Source: a virus (taxonomy: Duplodnaviria; Caudoviricetes). Taken from it: 24,233 bases of DNA. Numbering within the stretch: the first letter of the stretch is position 1; every line of letters starts with the position of its first letter. Below the pieces are notes generated by a model. That model was given only the letters and a program-made list of their open reading frames with translations, was not told where the DNA came from and did no database searches. The DNA lies in the IMG/VR virus record IMGVR_UViG_3300023119_001218, positions 1-24,233 of that record; one strand, written 5' to 3'. The position numbers were made by a program, and so were the translations under genes. Shown piece after piece: positions 18,573 to 24,233 of this stretch.

Positions 18573-19795
18573 TGGCTTACAAAATAAACGGTAATAATGT
18601 ACAAATAGATTCAACTAATTTTTATATAGATGTTAGTTCTCTTGATACAACCACACTTCCAAGCAATCAAGTAGATATTACAGGATCAGACGGTGCTGCT
18701 GGCGATAAGTTTAGTTCTGGGATAGCAATTGGCAACGGTAAAATTTATGTTGGGAGGGACGAGTTTGGCGAAGCCAATGGAGCAACTCGTGCGGCTTCTT
18801 TTCATATATTCAACTTAGACGGTACCGAAGAAGCAAGAATTGTACCAAATTATCCACTATCAAACAACTACTACGGCCGGAACTTTACCAATAATAATTC
18901 AATAGCAGCAGGATGCGGAAAGGTAGTAGTCGGTGCTTATGGATTGGACGAATGGACCTTGGGAGGTTCGGCCTTTATTTTTGACGCAGATGGTTCAAAC
19001 CAGATACACATACAAAATCCAAACTATGCAATTGGTACAGTAAATGATACTTTTGGTGCTGCTGTTGCAATAGGACACGGATTGATCGCTATTGGCGATC
19101 GTGCCCACCTCGGCGGTGGCACAATATATATCTACTCATTAGATGGAAATTTTATACGCGAGATGGACTATGGGTTTTTAAACGGAGGGCTTAGTGACGA
19201 TTACGGGAGAAGTCTTGCAATAGGAAATAATAGAATTATTGTTGGAGCATGGGCAGACGACGATGATGGCAATGCTAGTGGATCAGCATATATTCTCGAC
19301 TTTGAAGGAAATCTAGTAAACAAAATTACAGCAAGCGATGCAGCCGCTGGTGATAACTTTGGTTACAAAGTAGCGGCTGGATGCGGAAAGTTTTTAGTAG
19401 GTGCGCCTGCTGCTAGAAAGGTATATGTATTTGATGCTGATGGCAATGAAGAATTTATTATTGATGAAAGTGCATCATCAGACATCTTTTTTGGTAAGGG
19501 ACTTGCTATCGGTGATGGAAGAATAGTAGTCGGAATGGAACAAGCAGACTCGCCAGGGTTTAATAACGACGGCGGAATGAAGGTTTATGATCTTTCAGGA
19601 ACTGAACTATTTGTTTATAGACCTGAAGTTGCAGAGGTTTATTCAGGTAATTGTGTGGCTATTGGCCACGGTAAGATTGCTCTTGATATTGCAGGCGGCA
19701 GTTTTGCAAGCTCAAGTATACAAGGATCAGTGAGCCTTTGGGATACACCCAAACAAACTCACATCCTTGATTTTATTAAACACCAAATTAGATAA
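18572..19795 (+). CDS. FG-GAP-repeat beta-propeller protein 3
   Basis: KITASDAAAGDNFGYKVA and IIVGAWADDDDGNASGSAYI repeats; GGAGG upstream; TAATG coupling. Confidence 0.85.
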   Translation: MAYKINGNNVQIDSTNFYIDVSSLDTTTLPSNQVDITGSDGAAGDKFSSGIAIGNGKIYVGRDEFGEANGATRAASFHIFNLDGTEEARIVPNYPLSNNYYGRNFTNNNSIAAGCGKVVVGAYGLDEWTLGGSAFIFDADGSNQIHIQNPNYAIGTVNDTFGAAVAIGHGLIAIGDRAHLGGGTIYIYSLDGNFIREMDYGFLNGGLSDDYGRSLAIGNNRIIVGAWADDDDGNASGSAYILDFEGNLVNKITASDAAAGDNFGYKVAAGCGKFLVGAPAARKVYVFDADGNEEFIIDESASSDIFFGKGLAIGDGRIVVGMEQADSPGFNNDGGMKVYDLSGTELFVYRPEVAEVYSGNCVAIGHGKIALDIAGGSFASSSIQGSVSLWDTPKQTHILDFIKHQIR

Positions 19796-19796
19796 C

Positions 19797-20063
19797 TTAT
19801 AAATCTTTTTTAACATCCTTCAAGTCATCTTTTAGTTCTTGTATTGTTGTTTTAAGAGATCGTATGTAAATGGCAAAGTTCGCTATTTGGTTAAGTGCCC
19901 AGTACCACCAGGTTACTCCTACTGCGAAAAATACACTACATATTATAACTATGGTATAATGATACCAAGTTTCTAGTCCTATCCAATATACGAATACGAT
20001 TAGTGCTAATGCGGTGAAAGAAAGTATTGTGGCAGCCGCTTGCCACAGTTTGATATGATCCAT
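19797..20063 (-). CDS. Membrane protein with two TM helices and a C-terminal coiled coil, 88 aa
   Basis: Two hydrophobic stretches; LKTTIQELKDDLKDVKKDL; GGAGG RBS at 20075-20071. Confidence 0.8.
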   Translation of the reverse strand: MDHIKLWQAAATILSFTALALIVFVYWIGLETWYHYTIVIICSVFFAVGVTWWYWALNQIANFAIYIRSLKTTIQELKDDLKDVKKDL

Positions 20064-20090
20064 TGTAATGCCTCCATGCCTATTGCAAAT

Positions 20091-20098
20091 TATTTATA
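20091..20098 (-). promoter_or_regulatory. T4-type late promoter TATAAATA
   Basis: Exact match to the consensus in the intergenic gap, upstream of the RBS of the 88-aa gene. Confidence 0.6.
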
Positions 20099-20127
20099 GA
20101 CAATTAGAGAAGTATTATAATGTAATA

Positions 20128-21258
20128 TTAAGAAGAAATTTTACCGAACGGTTTCCAAACACCGGGTGTACCTTCACGCACACAAACCCAGCCAACATAG
20201 CCTGTTGGTGCTGCATTGGTATTGTACATAACATCGCCCTGGCGGAATGTTCCATTTGTTGGTGCTGACTCACCGCTCATAATTTTTGTGCCAGCAACTT
20301 CGATAGCATTTGCTGTAGAAATTGACACATTCTCAGCAACGTTATTCACTCCTACACCAAGTTTGCCATAGATACTAACTCTAGCATTATCATTGCCGTT
20401 TTGACCAATGTCGATCTTGCCGTTTGATTTGACAGTTAAACGTGTAGTATTGTCGGTAAGTATCTGTAAGTCATCAGTTGTCCATGTACCCATTTTAACT
20501 GATTTTGCATCAGTATCAATAAAAAATTCGCTATCAAGAGTAGTAATACTTAATATGCCATTAGGAGCATCTGTACCGATACCTAAACGCTGGCTATCAC
20601 TGTTGTAGATGATAAATTCGTCAATGCTTAGATTGCCAAGTGTGCGTAGATTGTTTAATGTTCCAACTTTAGTTAGGCTACTTTTTCTTATACTAGGACC
20701 TAGCTCATCAACAGTTAACAAGTCTATATTATCAATTTTATAAGACTGTCCTCTATTAAGATCAATTGATTCTGTTGACCATATACGATCTGGATTGGCT
20801 CTGTATACAAATTGCTTAGTAGGACCTGCTTCCTTCCAAACAATACCTTTTCCATAGATACTGCCGCCTGCGTCTGGAACAAATTCTAATGGAGAACTTC
20901 TTTCGTTACGAACATCTGCTGTAATTTCATCAACGTGTAGACTTGTTGCTGTAATCTTTCCATCAACATTTAGTCCACCTAAAATCTTAACACCGTCGTT
21001 GTTTTTAAGGGTATTGACCCATAAGTTATCAGCGTGTAGACCGTCATCTTTGACAGCAACAACTTGTTTTGTTGCGTCATCCTTAATTCCTACACTGCTA
21101 AATTGTGTGATACGTCCGCCGTGTATCTTGTCGCCGCTGATTTCATTGTTGAAGAATGTCGGCTTTTCGGCGGGTTTCAGTGCTATTTTTTCAATAGCAG
21201 TATGAACACCATCCAACGACTGTTTTAAACTTGCCAGGGTATCGTTAACGTGCTCCAT
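20128..21258 (-). CDS. Probable virion/tail-fibre-associated protein, 376 aa
   Basis: Beta-rich; RLGIGTDAP fibre motif; C-terminal GTFRQGDVMYN...GYVGWVC...GTPGVWKPFG module seen on phage fibres and spikes; ATAAATA at 21299-21293. Confidence 0.65.
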   Translation of the reverse strand: MEHVNDTLASLKQSLDGVHTAIEKIALKPAEKPTFFNNEISGDKIHGGRITQFSSVGIKDDATKQVVAVKDDGLHADNLWVNTLKNNDGVKILGGLNVDGKITATSLHVDEITADVRNERSSPLEFVPDAGGSIYGKGIVWKEAGPTKQFVYRANPDRIWSTESIDLNRGQSYKIDNIDLLTVDELGPSIRKSSLTKVGTLNNLRTLGNLSIDEFIIYNSDSQRLGIGTDAPNGILSITTLDSEFFIDTDAKSVKMGTWTTDDLQILTDNTTRLTVKSNGKIDIGQNGNDNARVSIYGKLGVGVNNVAENVSISTANAIEVAGTKIMSGESAPTNGTFRQGDVMYNTNAAPTGYVGWVCVREGTPGVWKPFGKISS

Positions 21259-21298
21259 TTGTCAGTTTCCTATTTTAGAATATCTCATACTGTATTTA

Positions 21299-22591
21299 TT
21301 AAGATATCTTCAATAGTACTGTGTCAGGGTTGCATCTTCCGTTAAGTTTAGTGTCAGTTGTTGGGATTTCTTCTAAGAACTTGCGTAATTTTACTTTGCC
21401 AGCATCCTTAAACGCTCGTAGTTGCTCATCTGGCTTGCGTAATGTCTTTTGAATACTCTCATCTTCTTTATATCCGATGATAGTAGTACCTTTGACTTGT
21501 AATCCGCTGCCATCTCTGCCCATACCAGTTGGGTCTGGATTAATAGCAACATACTTGCCAAGTTTGCGTGTTTTAACGTTAAACACCCAAAGTTCACTTG
21601 CTCCAATAATTTGCTCTGGAGTAATACTTGCGAGTTTATACTTTTCGTCTGTTTTGCAGTATTTTAGTTTTGAAACTAACTTGTCTGCACTCTTTGGTTT
21701 AGCCTTGCGAGGCTTACGGTTTGCTTTTGCACTATCAATAATGAAGTCTAGTGCTGATCGTAATTCGTCAATAGCCGAGCGATATTTTTTGATGTCTGCT
21801 TTTTTAATGTGGGCGTATCCTTCTTTAAGTTGCACCCATTGGTCTGCTTCTCGTTCTTCCATTTTTCCGAGCTGACCAGAAGTCGGCATACGTTCGAGTT
21901 CGTCATAGTCGTCGAGTACGTTTTCATAAAACCCTTTCATTTTACGTGCATGAGCTTGGCTAGGTTGTAACTTTTGGAAGTGCTTTTTAAAATCAAAACC
22001 TTTTGGATCGAATGTTTTAGGATCTTCAACCCAACCTTCTAACCATACATCGATATCTTCAGCCATATCTTGTGACTGATCTCGGATACGTTCTTGGATA
22101 GTAGGAACATATACGTTTGCTTTTTCTTTTTCTTCCGCTTTCTTTTCAATTACAACTTTGCTTCCTTCTTCGATCGCGATTTCAATGCGTCTCTTAAGAA
22201 AGTTACTCATGGGTTCTTTACTACCCATAGTGCCTGCTAGACTTTCCCAATAGTCATTTTCTTTTTCACTATAATCAGGAGCACCGTCAAGTAGTGTACT
22301 TGCAATAATTCCTGCTGTAATACTCATTTTACTGCTAGGAGCAGACTTTGCTTTCTTGATTTGATCTGCTGTATAGCCGTTTGCTTTCATCCATTTAAAA
22401 ACACTAAGGTATAAATCAGCAGGCTTAAAATTTTCATAATAGAAAGATCGGCACATTTCTCTTTGACGATGAATCTGCTCGCCATTCCAATTTTCCCATC
22501 CATCCCAACTTGGTGCTGCAAGTTTTGATCCACGCTTTACACGAGGTGCGCCGCGAACTGCTTTTTTCTTACGTGCTTTCGGAAGTGCCAT
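21299..22591 (-). CDS. Hypothetical phage protein, 430 aa, Lys-rich and largely helical
   Basis: Long ORF with AGGAG RBS (22602-22598) and its own sigma70-type promoter; no recognised catalytic motif. Confidence 0.85.
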   Translation of the reverse strand: MALPKARKKKAVRGAPRVKRGSKLAAPSWDGWENWNGEQIHRQREMCRSFYYENFKPADLYLSVFKWMKANGYTADQIKKAKSAPSSKMSITAGIIASTLLDGAPDYSEKENDYWESLAGTMGSKEPMSNFLKRRIEIAIEEGSKVVIEKKAEEKEKANVYVPTIQERIRDQSQDMAEDIDVWLEGWVEDPKTFDPKGFDFKKHFQKLQPSQAHARKMKGFYENVLDDYDELERMPTSGQLGKMEEREADQWVQLKEGYAHIKKADIKKYRSAIDELRSALDFIIDSAKANRKPRKAKPKSADKLVSKLKYCKTDEKYKLASITPEQIIGASELWVFNVKTRKLGKYVAINPDPTGMGRDGSGLQVKGTTIIGYKEDESIQKTLRKPDEQLRAFKDAGKVKLRKFLEEIPTTDTKLNGRCNPDTVLLKIS

Positions 22592-22616
22592 CTGTATCTC
22601 CTAACTCTGTTTTAAC

Positions 22617-22645
22617 ATTATATAGCCACTATTAAGCAAAGTCAA
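22617..22645 (-). promoter_or_regulatory. Sigma70-type promoter for the 430-aa gene
   Basis: TTGACT (22645-22640), 17-nt spacer, TATAAT (22622-22617). Confidence 0.8.
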
Positions 22646-23063
22646 GTATTTCTTCGCGATTATCTGTATATAAAACTTTTTTAATACCGAAACTAGCGAT
22701 AATTTTAGAGCAACCTGGACAGGGTTTAGCAATACCATATATCCACCTCTTAGAGCCGCTGTACGGTCGTTTAACGCGGACTATGTTTAGTTCGCACTGT
22801 GCTAGTTGTCCGGGTGTAATCAAGCGTAGTGCATTGCGTATAGCGTCTACTTCAGCATGCATAAACATTTGATCTTCACGATAACCGTCTCCCATCATCA
22901 TAGGATGAGTTTTCATTTGGTTGAAACCTGTAGCAATTAAATGCTTTTTGTAAGTAATTCCTGCGGCCATCGGAACACGACGAGAATTTGCATAACCACC
23001 AGAATCGATAGCCAAACGAGTAAGCATTTCTAAAATACGCTGATTCATGCTATTAACGATCAT
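22632..23063 (-). CDS. Zn-dependent cytidine/deoxycytidylate deaminase-superfamily protein (start uncertain: 23081, 23063 or 23048)
   Basis: ATGFN, MHAEVDAI and AKPCPGC motifs (HxE...PCxxC); FGIKKVLY. Confidence 0.85.
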   Translation of the reverse strand: MIVNSMNQRILEMLTRLAIDSGGYANSRRVPMAAGITYKKHLIATGFNQMKTHPMMMGDGYREDQMFMHAEVDAIRNALRLITPGQLAQCELNIVRVKRPYSGSKRWIYGIAKPCPGCSKIIASFGIKKVLYTDNREEILDFA

Positions 23064-23071
23064 TGTGGGAC

Positions 23072-23788
23072 CTAATCCCACAAATTTTCAAAATACTTCC
23101 CAAAGAGTCGGAAGCCATTTGAAATCCTTTCTTGATATGCTTTTTTACCTTCCCAATCAGTCTTTGCAGTGTGATTAGGACCATGTACCATTCGGCTGTT
23201 GCCGTTTTCTAGTTTCTCCCATTGTAGATCGTATTCACCAGTTTCAAACTGTTCTTCCCAGCGTCCGTCATCTACTTTGGTTTCAAACGCAAAGATCATT
23301 TCGTCTAGCACCCAGTCCCAGCGTTCAAAGTGTTTGTCATCTACTTCGCCGTTGTCCTTTTGCTTCTTGGTAAGTTTCTTACCGTGCAGTTCTTTAGGCA
23401 CATCTTTTAGATCAACATGCGGGGCGCCATGCTTGGTTTCCTTTAGTTGCTTGAGCATAGGAAGTACGATGTAGGAAAGTGTATGATCCATGCTCCATGT
23501 ATCCCAACGATCAATGTGTACTTTGATAGTACGTTTCTTCTTGCTGTCAATCCAACTTAGAAACTTATACAACCAAGTGTGGGGACGATCTCCCCACTTA
23601 TGAATGTCACCTACTTTGGGTTCAGGCCATACGCTACCATGAGCAAGCCATTCGCCAAATTTGTGTACACGATCTGCGGTGTGTGGAAATCCGTGTTCGT
23701 CTTTTTCCTTCGGCACCCAGAACATCAAAAGTTCTGCTAGTTGATAGGGTCCAAACCAATTTTTATATGGTCCTAGTTTAATCTTCAT
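23072..23788 (-). CDS. Hypothetical phage protein, 238 aa, Trp-rich
   Basis: Long ORF overlapping the upstream gene, with AAGGTGGTGAG before the ATG. Confidence 0.85.
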   Translation of the reverse strand: MKIKLGPYKNWFGPYQLAELLMFWVPKEKDEHGFPHTADRVHKFGEWLAHGSVWPEPKVGDIHKWGDRPHTWLYKFLSWIDSKKKRTIKVHIDRWDTWSMDHTLSYIVLPMLKQLKETKHGAPHVDLKDVPKELHGKKLTKKQKDNGEVDDKHFERWDWVLDEMIFAFETKVDDGRWEEQFETGEYDLQWEKLENGNSRMVHGPNHTAKTDWEGKKAYQERISNGFRLFGKYFENLWD

Positions 23789-23963
23789 AGCTCACCACCT
23801 TTACGTTATGTTCTTTGCCTTCGATTGCAAAAGTATCTGCAACTTCCATTGCACTATGCGCATCCTCAAATAACATAGGACGCAAGTCCCAACAGTCCTC
23901 TGTTTTTTCTGTTACAAAGATCCAGTCGTCTTTTCCATCAAGACACACCATTACTGCATACAT
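23778..23963 (-). CDS. Small acidic hypothetical protein, 61 aa
   Basis: TAATG coupling to the upstream ORF and overlap with the downstream gene. Confidence 0.7.
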   Translation of the reverse strand: MYAVMVCLDGKDDWIFVTEKTEDCWDLRPMLFEDAHSAMEVADTFAIEGKEHNVKVVSYED

Positions 23964-24233
23964 TATGATAGCCCCGCAATTAGTTTATAATTGTCCCACG
24001 CCTTTTGTGCCGCAGGGTTCTTTGCAATCTCCTCTTCTGGAGCAAATGTGTCTAACCAGTAGTAAGGCAGACGTCGAGGGTGAGCACCAAACTGTCGTGG
24101 CTGGTGCAGTTTACCATAGCCATACAAGTCAATTAGAATTTCACGCATCTCTTGTTCGTGATCTTCTAATCCTGCCCACTCTGCATTACTAAATCCGCCA
24201 TAGAGATAACCATCCCAAATCTGTTTCCAGTGA
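23963..24233 (-). CDS. Hypothetical protein, partial (5' end lies beyond the window)
   Basis: The frame of track ORF 23963..24148 stays open to the window edge (HWKQIWDGYLYGGFSNAEWAGLEDHEQE-MREIL...). Confidence 0.75.
   Translation of the reverse strand, partial: HWKQIWDGYLYGGFSNAEWAGLEDHEQEMREILIDLYGYGKLHQPRQFGAHPRRLPYYWLDTFAPEEEIAKNPAAQKAWDNYKLIAGLS

Noticed and set aside
16342-19340. Diversity-generating retroelement or CRISPR array as the source of the repeats
   Set aside because: No reverse transcriptase or cas gene in the window, mismatches are not adenine-specific, and the repeats are in-frame coding and irregularly spaced.
14164-19800. Invertible segment explaining the opposite orientation of the fibre cassette
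   Set aside because: No flanking inverted repeats seen by eye and no recombinase in the window.
21262-21288. 8-codon upstream ORF (MRYSKIGN) right after ATAAATA
   Set aside because: Too short to distinguish from chance without conservation data.
11442-24192. Remaining overlapping track ORFs inside uvsE, the GT gene, queD, the fibre cassette and the right-end genes
   Set aside because: They are nested in or antisense to better-supported genes and have no independent signals.

Overview
AT-rich, gene-dense segment of a large tailed dsDNA bacteriophage, probably T4-like in the broad sense. This is inferred from gp9/gp10-type N-termini, (A)TAAATA late-promoter-like motifs and accessory genes iscA, uvsE and queD. 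The left part encodes virion proteins: a 3030-aa mosaic baseplate/fibre protein, an unlisted 50-aa ORF and a truncated paralogue. The middle holds accessory genes (A-type Fe-S carrier, Zn-ribbon protein, small membrane protein, UV endonuclease, glycosyltransferase, QueD, DUF115/Maf-like protein). An oppositely oriented cassette follows, with an S74-chaperoned tail fibre and three coupled FG-GAP beta-propeller paralogues. The right end has minus-strand genes including a Zn-dependent deaminase. The best candidate for something new is the 5' leader of queD, which sits right behind a near-consensus sigma70 promoter and resembles a variant preQ1-I riboswitch with two alternative pairings, one covering the start codon. 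Other points of interest are apparently leaderless genes, a possible axial Cys2-His metal site in all three propellers, near-identical DNA patches shared between the propeller genes, and bilin-site-like C-x-R-D repeats in the giant protein. All family calls come from motif recognition by eye; no database search was run.
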